64,000 nt of DNA from a virus. Its lineage: Duplodnaviria; Caudoviricetes. The notes below the pieces were generated by a model that ran no database searches, was not told the DNA's origin, and saw only the letters and a program-made list of their open reading frames with translations. A program made the position numbers and the translations under genes. Positions 19,073 through 28,945 of this stretch are shown here, one piece after another (the stretch's first letter is position 1; every line of letters starts with the position of its first letter). The stretch lies in the IMG/VR virus record IMGVR_UViG_3300025087_000034. The stretch is one strand, 5' to 3'.

Positions 19073-20974
19073 ATGACCACACTTCCAAGATACGAACATT
19101 GTTGCCTAGACCATAGATATTTTATGTCGTCATTTCATGATTACAGCGGAAATGGAAATCATGGTTCTCCGTCCGGTGTACGTTGGGAGAAAAAACCCAG
19201 TACCCATGTCCGTTATGTGTTAGCAAGTGAAAACAGGATAACGGTCTCAAATAGTCCTTTGTTAGAGTCCATGACAGAGGGAACCATTATAGCCTATAGC
19301 GACGAATTTAAACAGACGACTGAAGCCTACGATATAATTACAAGTAAAGGATTAGCGTCGAATCACCCTCTATTCTCATTTTCAAATGATGCTGTAGGTC
19401 AAATATATCTAACGGATAGTGTTAATACCAGAGGGGCGATAAATCCGTATGCTGGAAAAAAATCCGTCGCAGTATCCTTCAGGAATGAGGAAACTCCTTA
19501 TTCTTATACAGATGGTACAAATAAGGTAGTCTTTGATGGTGAAATTATCTGTGATGGTACAAGCAGCGCTGATTTGGTTATCGGTAATCTGGAGGGGTAC
19601 TCCTTTGCTTGCTCAAACCCTTTAAAAGGTGTACTTTATTATGCTGTTCAGCTAACAGATGATGAAATTGCCCAGGCCCATTCTTGGATTATGGAACAAA
19701 AATCTGTTTCGCGCGCTAAAAAGAATTTTATATACCCCTCCCAACTAAATAAAAGTCCAAATATCTTAGCGGCTTATGAAATGAATAACATTCATGGAAA
19801 AGTAATCGACATAACCGGTCAAGGATATGAAGGAACCATAACAAAATGCAGTGGAGGAACCATCATAGGAGGAATATCGGCGCTAAGATTTAATGGGTCT
19901 GACTCTAAAGTCTTAGTGGACAAAAACGTTGATTTAACTTCAACGGATTTTTCTTTTGAAGCCTTAGTAAAAACTGCAACTGTATCTACAAACATGGTTA
20001 TAGTGTCAAGGCGCACAACTGGGACCTGTTATGTTTACATGCGAATCGATAGTTCCGCGGGTTATTTACGAGCGGTGTTTGTTGGGACAGGCGGATCCGT
20101 AAGTAATGTCTATGGACCGTCAACAAGTGTGGCAAATAATAAGTGGCACCATGTGGTTTTAACGGCTGATAGAGACGGCAATGCAATTTTATATTTGGAC
20201 AGCGTTCCTGGAACACCGGTAAGTATAGCTGCTATAGGTAGTTTGTCTTCTTCTGATTTAGAGATTGGAGCCAGAGAGGCTATTGAGTCTTTTAACGGTT
20301 TGATTTCCGAAGTAGCTGTCTATAATAAATGTCTTTCACAAGCAGAAGTAAGTGTCAGGTATAGGAAATATGCCTCTATCCCTACTTTTCTTGATGATTT
20401 AGAAGACGCTAACGAAAGCGTAACGGTAGAAGGTGGGGCTGTAGGGAATTTTTTAAGTAATACTTGTTGGAGGTTTGGGGATACTATTGGAAGATACAAA
20501 GTGTTAAGGGATGAAACACTAGGAGTAGGTCAGAAAGTTATTGAATGTACAACGGCAGGTTTATTGTATCAAGAAAACAGACAATCTTATGGAACGTGGT
20601 CTTTTGATATATACCATGTGGATTCTTCAAATACTCAACTATTATTTATTGCGGATACAGTAGGAAATAAGTCAGCCTCTGGTCAGGATGGTTATTATTT
20701 TGATATTTCTACTACGGAAGTAGTTTCAGTAGGTGAAAGTGTGGCTGGCACCCCTACAGATAAGGTTACCAATGCTTCTGGTGTAGGGGTTTCAACCTGG
20801 ACTAACTTTAAAATAACCCGGTCATGTATGGGTGTATTTACTCTTTATAGAAATAATGTCTTATTGGGTTCTACTTTTACTGATACTACAGCAACAAATT
20901 CTACATATTTTGTATTGGATTTTGATGCAGGTGATAAGATATCAGACCTACGGCTCTATTCAGGTGTATTTTAA
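19073..20974 (+). CDS. LamG/concanavalin A-like domain virion protein
   Basis: LRFNGSDS, DFSFEALVK, NNKWHHVVLT, FNGLISEVAVYNKCLSQAEV. Confidence 0.8.
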   Translation: MTTLPRYEHCCLDHRYFMSSFHDYSGNGNHGSPSGVRWEKKPSTHVRYVLASENRITVSNSPLLESMTEGTIIAYSDEFKQTTEAYDIITSKGLASNHPLFSFSNDAVGQIYLTDSVNTRGAINPYAGKKSVAVSFRNEETPYSYTDGTNKVVFDGEIICDGTSSADLVIGNLEGYSFACSNPLKGVLYYAVQLTDDEIAQAHSWIMEQKSVSRAKKNFIYPSQLNKSPNILAAYEMNNIHGKVIDITGQGYEGTITKCSGGTIIGGISALRFNGSDSKVLVDKNVDLTSTDFSFEALVKTATVSTNMVIVSRRTTGTCYVYMRIDSSAGYLRAVFVGTGGSVSNVYGPSTSVANNKWHHVVLTADRDGNAILYLDSVPGTPVSIAAIGSLSSSDLEIGAREAIESFNGLISEVAVYNKCLSQAEVSVRYRKYASIPTFLDDLEDANESVTVEGGAVGNFLSNTCWRFGDTIGRYKVLRDETLGVGQKVIECTTAGLLYQENRQSYGTWSFDIYHVDSSNTQLLFIADTVGNKSASGQDGYYFDISTTEVVSVGESVAGTPTDKVTNASGVGVSTWTNFKITRSCMGVFTLYRNNVLLGSTFTDTTATNSTYFVLDFDAGDKISDLRLYSGVF

Positions 20975-21091
20975 ATTCTGTTTAATTATATATTTTGATT
21001 GGATTTTGATGCAGGTGATAAGATATCAGACCTACGGCTCTATTCAGGTGTATTTTAAATTCTGTTTAATTATATATTTTGATTGGATTTT
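20914..21091 (+). repeat. Exact 84-bp tandem duplication of the 3' end of the LamG gene, bounded by ATTGGATTTT
   Basis: 20914-20997 is identical to 20998-21081; the 10-mer ATTGGATTTT occurs at 20914, 20998 and 21082. Confidence 0.92.
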
Positions 21092-21110
21092 TTGGCGCGC
21101 CAAGAAAAAA
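21088..21110. other. T-tract/CG-core/A-tract motif (intergenic copy)
   Basis: TTTTTTGGCGCGCCAAGAAAAAA. Confidence 0.55.
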
Positions 21111-21157
21111 TCAGATCCAAGAGATTGGGTATTTTTCAGAGGTTTCTAAATAAAAAG

Positions 21158-21186
21158 TTTACAATATCCTTAAAATAAATTATATT
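21158..21186 (+). promoter_or_regulatory. Putative sigma70/sigmaA-type promoter
   Basis: TTTACA-17 nt-TATATT in an AT-rich intergenic region upstream of the YkgJ-like gene. Confidence 0.45.
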
Positions 21187-21253
21187 AATACTAGTGAGTA
21201 TTAAAAACCCTATTTGCATATACTATTGTGCTATAGATACAGGGGTATTTTAT

Positions 21254-21679
21254 ATGGCCGGTAACGATCGTAAGAAAGCAAAGGTTTGGAAAGTAGAGGT
21301 CGAGGGCCAGCCGGTTCTGGTAGTAACCATAGAGCATGGCCTTAAGAAGCCGTCTATGTGCGAGGGGTGCTCCGCTCCATGTTGTAAGGGTAGACTACGG
21401 CCGGTCTTGACCGAAGAGGAGTTTAAAACCAGGAAATTTCCCATCTTATTTTTGGAGGTTCCAGAGTTTATAAAAAAACAAGTGCCGAGAGCCCAAGCTA
21501 TTGCTACACTTGGTAATTTCACTGATACTGGGTGTTCTTATTATGATAAGGATGTGGGGGTGTGTCTTATTTGGCCGAATTGCCCTGATGGGTGTGGGGC
21601 GTATGATTGTCGGGAGGACACACGACCAGAGATTAGTGAGTTTGCTGCTAGGAGGGTTGCACAGTGGCGGGCACAGTAA
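21254..21679 (+). CDS. YkgJ-like cysteine-cluster (CxxCxxxCC) protein
   Basis: CEGCSAPCCKG...GCSYY....VCLIWPNCPDGCGAYDC; SD AGGGGT favours ATG 21254 over the track start 21194. Confidence 0.75.
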   Translation: MAGNDRKKAKVWKVEVEGQPVLVVTIEHGLKKPSMCEGCSAPCCKGRLRPVLTEEEFKTRKFPILFLEVPEFIKKQVPRAQAIATLGNFTDTGCSYYDKDVGVCLIWPNCPDGCGAYDCREDTRPEISEFAARRVAQWRAQ

Positions 21680-23697
21680 CAACGGATTTCGTGTTCTTTA
21701 CTGGAGCTACAGGCGGGAGCATATCCAACTGTGACCAGAGTACTGATTGGATCACAGCACCTACGTTTGACGCCGAAACATTTGTGCAGGGCGCAGGGTC
21801 GTTGTCGGCAAAGGTGTCGGCTACGACATATACAAGTGTGTTTACGTTTTCGGCGCCGGTCGATTTGAGCGACAAGTTATTGGTCGTGTGGATGAATTGT
21901 GCCACGCCGAACAAGTTGGCGGCCAAGGCCGCCGGAGGGCTTCGGCTTAAGATACTAGATGCGAGTGCAAATTGGGCCGAGTGGTATGTCGCGGGCAATG
22001 ACACTTATTTTGGCGGTTGGAAGGCGTTTGTTATTCGAACGAATCAAACCCCCTCTGCCACGAGCGTTACATTGCCAACTTACAGCGCCATTACCAAGGC
22101 AGGGGTTGTTATCACCACTACGTCTTCGGTTGCCAAGACTAATTTCTGGTTTGATGCGATGAGGTATGGGACGTATATGCAGGTTTATGCAGGCACGTCT
22201 GGTTCTCCTGCGACATGGGACGACTTCATTACTTACGAAGCATCAAATGCGGTAGGTATGTTGTCTCGTGAAGAGGGTATCCTTTTTGTCCAGAGTAAAA
22301 TCCTGGTTGGAAGCATGGGGGCAGGCGTTGCAACGTATTTTAAGGACATGTCAGAGATTGTTGTGTTTCGGAATAACGTTTTTGGTACAGGTTTCTATGA
22401 GTTAAAGGGGCAAGGCAACTCTACTGCTGACACCGAAATATATTTTGGAACCAAAGCGGGAATCGCTGGCATATCTGGGGGTGCGATAAAATCGGCAGGG
22501 GCGTCCAAAGCGATTTTAGACATGGATGACCAGTATATCACCAAACTTGGATTATATGGGGTTTCTTTTTACTCCTTAGACAGCACTTATTTACCTACGA
22601 GCTCAAGTTATCGTGAGGTATTGAATTGTTCCTTTGAGTTGTGCAAGGAGGTACAGGTTTCTACCTGTACGGTTACTAGTTGTAACTTTATCTCGTCTTA
22701 TGATGTTGGTGATGCTAGTGGGGCTATTTTAGTTGATAGTACTAGCTTTGGGGTTACTGGTTGCAGTTTTATTGCCTGCCCTAATGGCGTGCATATAAAC
22801 ACACCTGGAACTTATGGGTTTACTGGCATGCTTTTTACTGAGTGTACTGCAGATATTTCAAATGATAGTGGCGGGCTGGTTACTATCAACAAGACTTCCC
22901 CTTCCAACCCTAGCACAGAAAACGACGACCCCTATTATGGTACTAACTTAAAGGCCTTGGCATATGATTATAATGGTGGAGTTGGGTCTGTTTATACAGA
23001 TCAAAGCACTGCCGCACAAAATACCACTATTAATGATATGGCTTTGTTGTCGGATAGCGATGAAGTTGGGGACGCCTATTATTTTGGTCATGCTACGGCC
23101 CCCTTTGCCTCTTTAAATGTAGATATTGGTACGTCAGGGGTGGGTACTTGGACTGTTACGTGGGAATATTGGGACGGTGACTCCTGGGGGGCACTGTCTG
23201 GGGTTTCCGATGGAACCAGCGGGTTTACAGCAGCTACAGGGTGGAGAGCAGTTACATTTACGGAACCGTCGGACTGGGCTAGTACAACAGTTAATAGTGT
23301 GGCTGCTTATTGGGTTAGAGCCCGTATGTCTTCTTTTGCGTCTAAAACAACAGCCCCATTGGGTGATCAGGCAGAGCTGGTAGGGGATACAAAATTTGAG
23401 GGGTCCGTAAATATGCTGGTAACGGTATTAAACGAGGCTGGGTCGCCAATAAGTGGGGCACAGGTAGCAATATATAGGACGACCGATAAGGAAGAGCTTA
23501 TGAATAAAGATACTGATGTCGATGGAAAGGCTATGGAATCTGTGGCGTTTAGTTCTGAATTTAGTGTTGGTATTCGTGTTAGAAAGAGTACATCTGGGTA
23601 TACCAGATATGTTAATGCTAGTTCACCGGGAACGGTTTATTCAAGCGGGTTGTCAGCTACTATTACTATGATAACAGAGTTGGTAGCCCTTAGTTAG
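21664..23697 (+). CDS. Multidomain virion accessory protein (carbohydrate-binding-like N-terminus, beta-helix-like middle, Ig-like C-terminus)
   Basis: 677 aa, T/S/G-rich; repeated .T.C.F motifs; C-terminal VTVLNEAGSPISGAQVAIY. Confidence 0.55.
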   Translation: MAGTVTTDFVFFTGATGGSISNCDQSTDWITAPTFDAETFVQGAGSLSAKVSATTYTSVFTFSAPVDLSDKLLVVWMNCATPNKLAAKAAGGLRLKILDASANWAEWYVAGNDTYFGGWKAFVIRTNQTPSATSVTLPTYSAITKAGVVITTTSSVAKTNFWFDAMRYGTYMQVYAGTSGSPATWDDFITYEASNAVGMLSREEGILFVQSKILVGSMGAGVATYFKDMSEIVVFRNNVFGTGFYELKGQGNSTADTEIYFGTKAGIAGISGGAIKSAGASKAILDMDDQYITKLGLYGVSFYSLDSTYLPTSSSYREVLNCSFELCKEVQVSTCTVTSCNFISSYDVGDASGAILVDSTSFGVTGCSFIACPNGVHINTPGTYGFTGMLFTECTADISNDSGGLVTINKTSPSNPSTENDDPYYGTNLKALAYDYNGGVGSVYTDQSTAAQNTTINDMALLSDSDEVGDAYYFGHATAPFASLNVDIGTSGVGTWTVTWEYWDGDSWGALSGVSDGTSGFTAATGWRAVTFTEPSDWASTTVNSVAAYWVRARMSSFASKTTAPLGDQAELVGDTKFEGSVNMLVTVLNEAGSPISGAQVAIYRTTDKEELMNKDTDVDGKAMESVAFSSEFSVGIRVRKSTSGYTRYVNASSPGTVYSSGLSATITMITELVALS

Positions 23698-23706
23698 GAG
23701 GAATAA

Positions 23707-26127
23707 ATGTCAGATACTATACTAAGCAATCGTTGGAAAGTGTATTACCTGTCTGAAACCAGACAAAAGAGGATTGAGAGGGATGTCTCAGTAACACCCA
23801 CTGTTACTGATGATATTAAGGACTTATATACAGCCTTGGCTGACTTGTTCGATGAGTTTACGCAGATGGACGACGGGACTGTTATGAAGTATGCAACCCC
23901 TACTGAGTATACCATCGGTAAAATTGATACGGGTGATACAGATCCTTGGTTTGTCGACATGCGCTCCGTAGAGTACATATATGGTGGGGCCTTGGAGACA
24001 AGTGGGTGGAGGCGCATTACTACGTCTAATACCGGAGTTGTAAGGGTAACCAGGGCTGGTACCAATATTGTTTCTGGCGATATAGGGCTGGTTATATCAC
24101 ATGCTGATGGTGATATGGGTACTTTGTTAGATGTAAATGGTTCTCATTTATGGATTAGGCCTAGCTCAAGTGCCTCCGGGGATAATTGGGATAGCACTAG
24201 TGGTAATATTACCTGTAATAGCCATGTAGATACTCAAAGTGTTGCTGCTGAAACGGGTGAGTTGCTATGGTCTAATATTTACTCCATCGGCTCATCCCTT
24301 GATGGAGACTCTCTTACAAGGTTGTATGTATATCAGGAAGGTACAAAATTGACAGCCTATAAGGGGGCACAGAGCTGGTGGTCTGAGGGGCATATAGATA
24401 TATTAGTACAGGTTAAAACCCCAGGGGCGGGTAACTCAGTGCTTATAGACGACGGATATATCATTGTTTTTCCTAGAAGATATTCACAGCAGTATGACAA
24501 CTACATAGTGGACCTGTCTTCAGGCGGTAGAAACCCCATTCCGTTGTCTGTTGGAGCAGATATTAATAATGAGACGGGGTATAGGCAGGTTACATTGGGG
24601 ACATCTTCCGGTACTTGGAGTGTCGGAGATGAGATAGAGGGTAAGGTAACAGCCTCTCGTGGCGTTATTACTAATATTTCAGGTACTAATCCAACAATTA
24701 TGTTGCAGTATTACTTGATTGATGTCCTTACGGATTTTAATGGGTCTGAGGGTATAGAGAATAATACTGGTACAGGAGATTCTTCTTCTTCTGGGGCTAC
24801 TTCATCGGATGGTCCTTCATCCCTTGTTGGTTTGTCTATAGTACACGCAGCAAATAGCTCGTATGATATTGACGAAGACGGTACTAATGAGTATTACTCT
24901 ATAGTTATAGATTGTTCCGATGAATTGTTAGCCGATGTGTACGAATGGACAAAGTATGTGCTCCGTAGGGGCAGTACAGATACATCAAATAATGATGGGC
25001 AAAACGGGGAAGCTTATATAGGCACTACTTATTATATTAACTATACAACGCTAAGCGGTTCCATTGCCGAGGGTAGTATCGTAACCCAGCTAGTGTCGGG
25101 TGCTAAGGGTGTGGTGGTTGCCCATCATACGGGGTCTAAAATATTGGTACTTCGATCTACTAGGGGTACATTCAACAATACTAATAATATAGAAGAGGGT
25201 GCAAATTATGTTACTGGCCCAACTTGCTATAGTATGTCTGCTAATAAGGCCTCACCGTATGGGACCTTTGCGGGAGGTCGTTGGTTTTGTGCTCCTGGTG
25301 TAGTGCTTGCTAATGTCCCTTCTGTTGATTACAATAACTGGCAGACTACTGACGACCAGCGTGTAGCTAAGGCTAGGCCGATAAAGGTAGACGTTTCTGT
25401 AGGAAACACTCGCGTTGGTGATCGTATTGCCGTTTGGAGGTTAGATGTTGCTGGTGGTATAATTCAGAAAGATGTGTATGCCATAGACTCTTTGCAGTCG
25501 TCTTTGGGTGAGTATTCAGTTAGGGTTGACCCTGCTATTTTGGTAGACGAGCCGGGTAAGACTAGTGGGGGAAAGCTTAGAGTAGTGGATGAGTCGGAAG
25601 GTTGGGAGCATCGTTATCGTTACACTGGTTGGTCTGGTGACCTATTTAATCTTTATACATTGTCTGGTGTTGCTGATGCCGGCGGGTCATCTACATCGTT
25701 ATTGGACTCGGCTGGTGATTTTATAACCAATGGTGTGCAGATAGGAGATATAATTTTTAATTCTACAGAAAGCACTTATGCATATGTTACAGTTACGGGT
25801 ACCTCTTCGTTGACCACAACCAATATTGGATCAAACGCCCCTGTAATTGATTGGACTACAGATTCGTATGTGGTGGGTGTTCTTGTCGAAGACTATACAA
25901 CTAGTGACACTGTCTACGTACCATTTATTGACGAGTTAGAAACAGTTGGTACCGATGGTGCCCCAGGGTTGGAGTCTGTTCAGATTGTATATGATGCTGT
26001 TGTTCCTGCCAGATGTCGTGTTCGTAGCGCAGGGGATATTATTCCCTTCGTTGCAGATTTTACCATTGGGTCTAGTGGTGGTACTATTAACGTTATTAGA
26101 AATCTAGATACGGTGCATGGGACGTAA
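23707..26127 (+). CDS. Large virion structural/accessory protein
   Basis: 806 aa, S/G/T/D-rich; repeated G(D/S).(I/V)....(S/T).A..G.(I/V) beta motifs; SD AGGAGG. Confidence 0.5.
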   Translation: MSDTILSNRWKVYYLSETRQKRIERDVSVTPTVTDDIKDLYTALADLFDEFTQMDDGTVMKYATPTEYTIGKIDTGDTDPWFVDMRSVEYIYGGALETSGWRRITTSNTGVVRVTRAGTNIVSGDIGLVISHADGDMGTLLDVNGSHLWIRPSSSASGDNWDSTSGNITCNSHVDTQSVAAETGELLWSNIYSIGSSLDGDSLTRLYVYQEGTKLTAYKGAQSWWSEGHIDILVQVKTPGAGNSVLIDDGYIIVFPRRYSQQYDNYIVDLSSGGRNPIPLSVGADINNETGYRQVTLGTSSGTWSVGDEIEGKVTASRGVITNISGTNPTIMLQYYLIDVLTDFNGSEGIENNTGTGDSSSSGATSSDGPSSLVGLSIVHAANSSYDIDEDGTNEYYSIVIDCSDELLADVYEWTKYVLRRGSTDTSNNDGQNGEAYIGTTYYINYTTLSGSIAEGSIVTQLVSGAKGVVVAHHTGSKILVLRSTRGTFNNTNNIEEGANYVTGPTCYSMSANKASPYGTFAGGRWFCAPGVVLANVPSVDYNNWQTTDDQRVAKARPIKVDVSVGNTRVGDRIAVWRLDVAGGIIQKDVYAIDSLQSSLGEYSVRVDPAILVDEPGKTSGGKLRVVDESEGWEHRYRYTGWSGDLFNLYTLSGVADAGGSSTSLLDSAGDFITNGVQIGDIIFNSTESTYAYVTVTGTSSLTTTNIGSNAPVIDWTTDSYVVGVLVEDYTTSDTVYVPFIDELETVGTDGAPGLESVQIVYDAVVPARCRVRSAGDIIPFVADFTIGSSGGTINVIRNLDTVHGT

Positions 26128-26129
26128 TA

Positions 26130-26306
26130 ATGTCTAACATAACTTTAGAAGAGGCCCTTTTGTATGACTTGGATAGACTTAAGTCATTAATAGAGAAAAG
26201 GAAGGTCAGTATTGAGATTTTTGAGGAGGCTATTAAGAAGGAAAGGGAACAGATTGAGAAAGAAAAAATTATGATAATCCTTTTAGAAAATAATAAACGT
26301 AGTTAG
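26130..26306 (+). CDS. Small coiled-coil hypothetical protein (58 aa, below track cutoff)
   Basis: MSNITLEEALLYDLDRLKSLIEKRKVSIEIFEEAIKKEREQIEKEKIMIILLENNKRS*; exactly fills the gap between two large genes. Confidence 0.6.
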   Translation: MSNITLEEALLYDLDRLKSLIEKRKVSIEIFEEAIKKEREQIEKEKIMIILLENNKRS

Positions 26307-26318
26307 GGGTGGTCTTAG

Positions 26319-28718
26319 GTGTTTCGTACAGATATATCTGTCGATTGGTATAAAAACCCCCGCATGATTACTATTGCGGCCCCCTCAACTAGTGTTAGTA
26401 TCCAGGACTTGGTTGACACTTTGAGGGAGCTTGAGGATAGCGACTATGCTATGGCGTTCCCCTTTCTGATAAAGGCCAGCGGAAAGGAGAATCTTGGTAG
26501 CGATGTTTTTGTAGGTATAACAGCTGAACTTCAAAATGCGAAGGTTACCTTTGAACCTAGACATGGGGTCGTTGAGTCAGGGACCGTTACAGGAAAGATT
26601 CTTCCTAGTGGTAAGATCCTTACTAGTCTGATACTAGAAGACTACAATGCTCTATTTATTACTTCCGGTGTGAAGCTAGGTGACACGGTAATTAATATGA
26701 CAGATGGCTCTAACGCAACTATACTATCTGTGGATAGTGAGATACAATTGACTACTATGGTATTGGGTGGCGGGGTTGATAATAGGTTTGATTATGAGGA
26801 TTCCTATAAGGTATGGCCGCTTATACAGTGTGAAATCAATGGTGGTAATTTAACTGCTGTGGATGAGTTCGGGGCTAGTATGGGGGCTATTTATCCAACC
26901 GTGGGCACTCAAATAACTCGTACTTCCTCCAGTAGTGGCACTATTGCTCAGTTGGAGATAGATAATATACAGAGGCTTATAGAGACACAGAGGGGCTCCC
27001 ACATTGTTACTGGTGAGATCTATTATTGGGACCCTGTTATAGGTAGTGATAACAACGATGGCATGTCACCGAGTAAGCCAGTGAAGACTTTTGCCAAAGT
27101 GCACGACTTGGTTGAGGATGGGGGACATGATCTGATAATTTGTCAGCCGGGCAAGGAAGTCGGGCAAACAAGGGCGGATGAGCACCTGGTTATAAGTAAG
27201 AGCCATTTGATGATAAGGGGCCCAGGACGGGATTTTGTCATTTATCCTAGTACTACTGGTTTTCCAGCTGTTAAGATTAGTGGTGTTGGAGTGGAGTTTA
27301 GTGGTGTTTTAGTTAGAGTGCCATTAGGAGGCAGTGATACGGGCATATGTATTGAAAACGGGGCACAAACCTTTTTGAGAGACCTATATGTTGAGGATGC
27401 TACTTCTTATGGGGTGGAAATTAGTAACAATGAGAACTCCGTATTTGACAACCTGTTTGTTATTAATTCTACAGGGCACGGTATCTATGTGAAAGAGAAT
27501 GTTGTAAACTTGGATATTAAGGTTTGCTGTTCTAAAGATAGTTCTGTCGGTTCTGGTTTCTATGTTGGTAGTTCTACTTCTGGTGTTAAAATACGCGGAA
27601 AAGGTACGTTTGCTAATACGAATGCACGATATGGAATAGAGATATCCTCAGGAGCTGTACAGACTTTGGTAGACGCAGAGGTTACCATCCAGAACAATGT
27701 TATGGGTGAAATAGCAGATTTTAGTAGTACTACAGCTTATTCTGGCTGGGACCACAGCGTTTCTTTTAACGGCGCTATTTGGATAGATACTTTATATGGG
27801 GAGGCGGGGACTAATTATCCGCGCGGGACCGTGTCCTGCCCAGTTAGCAATATTGACGACGCTCTTCTTATAGCTGCTAACGTTGGTATACGTAGATTTA
27901 ATGTTTCCGGTATTGTAACTCTTACATATTCTTTTTCTAGGTACCAGTTTTATGGTACGTCCTCGATAGAAAATAACATTGTTAATCTAAACGGCCAAAA
28001 TATAGAGGGGTGCTATTTTAATAGAGTATTATTGGCTGGGGCATCTGGTGGTGGTAGTTTTAATGTGCAAGAGTGCTACTTATCCAGTGTTACTAATTTA
28101 GTTGGTGTGGCCGTAGGTTCGAGCTTATTAGGTACGTGTGGTATGGGCCCCCAGGGCACATCTTTTTCATTGGGTGGCAGCTATTCCGTTTCTGAGCCTA
28201 CCATTGTGGACATGGTTGGAACAGGCAGAATGTTGGGGGCAAACTTGGTAGGTAATACACGTATTATAAATCTAGTTAGTGGGTCTGCGGTCTCTTTGGG
28301 CGGGTCTTATGGTACGGTTGAGCTAGATAGTTCATGTACAGGGGGCACCCTTTTATTGTCCGGTGGTCTCTATTTTATTGGTGATAAATTCGGTGTGGCC
28401 ATAGTTGATAATACGATTCAGCAGGCGGTGTGGAACTATGATATTACAACAGGTACCAATGTAAATTCCTCTGCCCATATACTTAGGCGGGCCCTGGGGT
28501 TAATACACGAAAATATGATAATAGACAATACTATGTATGATTCATATAATCAATTAGTATCTTGTCGTATACGTATATTTGCCAATCCTTTCGATACGCT
28601 TGCTGCTACAGACGGTGGTACGCCACCAACGGATCCGGTACCAATAGCCGAGTGGACGCAAGCGTCTGTTTGGGAAGCACAGAACAAGTTAGCAACTTTT
28701 AAACAGGTGAGATCATGA
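26319..28718 (+). CDS. Right-handed parallel beta-helix (pectin lyase-like) virion protein
   Basis: YYWDPV.GSD.NDG.SP.KPVKTF motif followed by repeated G(I/V).I.......N....N beta-helix turns. Confidence 0.65.
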   Translation: MFRTDISVDWYKNPRMITIAAPSTSVSIQDLVDTLRELEDSDYAMAFPFLIKASGKENLGSDVFVGITAELQNAKVTFEPRHGVVESGTVTGKILPSGKILTSLILEDYNALFITSGVKLGDTVINMTDGSNATILSVDSEIQLTTMVLGGGVDNRFDYEDSYKVWPLIQCEINGGNLTAVDEFGASMGAIYPTVGTQITRTSSSSGTIAQLEIDNIQRLIETQRGSHIVTGEIYYWDPVIGSDNNDGMSPSKPVKTFAKVHDLVEDGGHDLIICQPGKEVGQTRADEHLVISKSHLMIRGPGRDFVIYPSTTGFPAVKISGVGVEFSGVLVRVPLGGSDTGICIENGAQTFLRDLYVEDATSYGVEISNNENSVFDNLFVINSTGHGIYVKENVVNLDIKVCCSKDSSVGSGFYVGSSTSGVKIRGKGTFANTNARYGIEISSGAVQTLVDAEVTIQNNVMGEIADFSSTTAYSGWDHSVSFNGAIWIDTLYGEAGTNYPRGTVSCPVSNIDDALLIAANVGIRRFNVSGIVTLTYSFSRYQFYGTSSIENNIVNLNGQNIEGCYFNRVLLAGASGGGSFNVQECYLSSVTNLVGVAVGSSLLGTCGMGPQGTSFSLGGSYSVSEPTIVDMVGTGRMLGANLVGNTRIINLVSGSAVSLGGSYGTVELDSSCTGGTLLLSGGLYFIGDKFGVAIVDNTIQQAVWNYDITTGTNVNSSAHILRRALGLIHENMIIDNTMYDSYNQLVSCRIRIFANPFDTLAATDGGTPPTDPVPIAEWTQASVWEAQNKLATFKQVRS

Positions 28719-28924
28719 GCCTAAGTTTGGTTGTCCATGGATTTTTGGGTGGTGGTGGAGGGGGAACTAATACACTGGGCCCGGCTACCATAATTGAAGG
28801 CCCTGTTATAATAGGTTCCAGTTCTTTTTCTCCGAGGGTCGTTGCATTATATGAGGGGTCCACTGTTGGGGTCCCAAGGATACTAAGGTCTAGAGGGCTT
28901 ATTCCTAAGATCATCAGGGGTTAA
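28715..28924 (+). CDS. Small hypothetical protein
   Basis: 69 aa, ATGA overlap with the upstream gene. Confidence 0.5.
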   Translation: MSLSLVVHGFLGGGGGGTNTLGPATIIEGPVIIGSSSFSPRVVALYEGSTVGVPRILRSRGLIPKIIRG

Positions 28925-28945
28925 TTAAAGAGGGGTAACTAAATA

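Noticed and set aside
20914-21091. 84-bp repeat as a CRISPR array or DGR template/variable repeat
   Set aside because: Only two copies with no spacers; the copies are identical with no adenine-specific differences; no reverse transcriptase or cas gene in the window.
20832-21149. 105-aa ORF with an internal repeat
   Set aside because: By-product of the 84-bp duplication read in another frame; overlaps the LamG gene.
23707-26127. 806-aa protein as a contractile tail sheath
   Set aside because: No recognisable sheath C-terminal domain, and it lies upstream of the neck genes rather than next to the tube gene.
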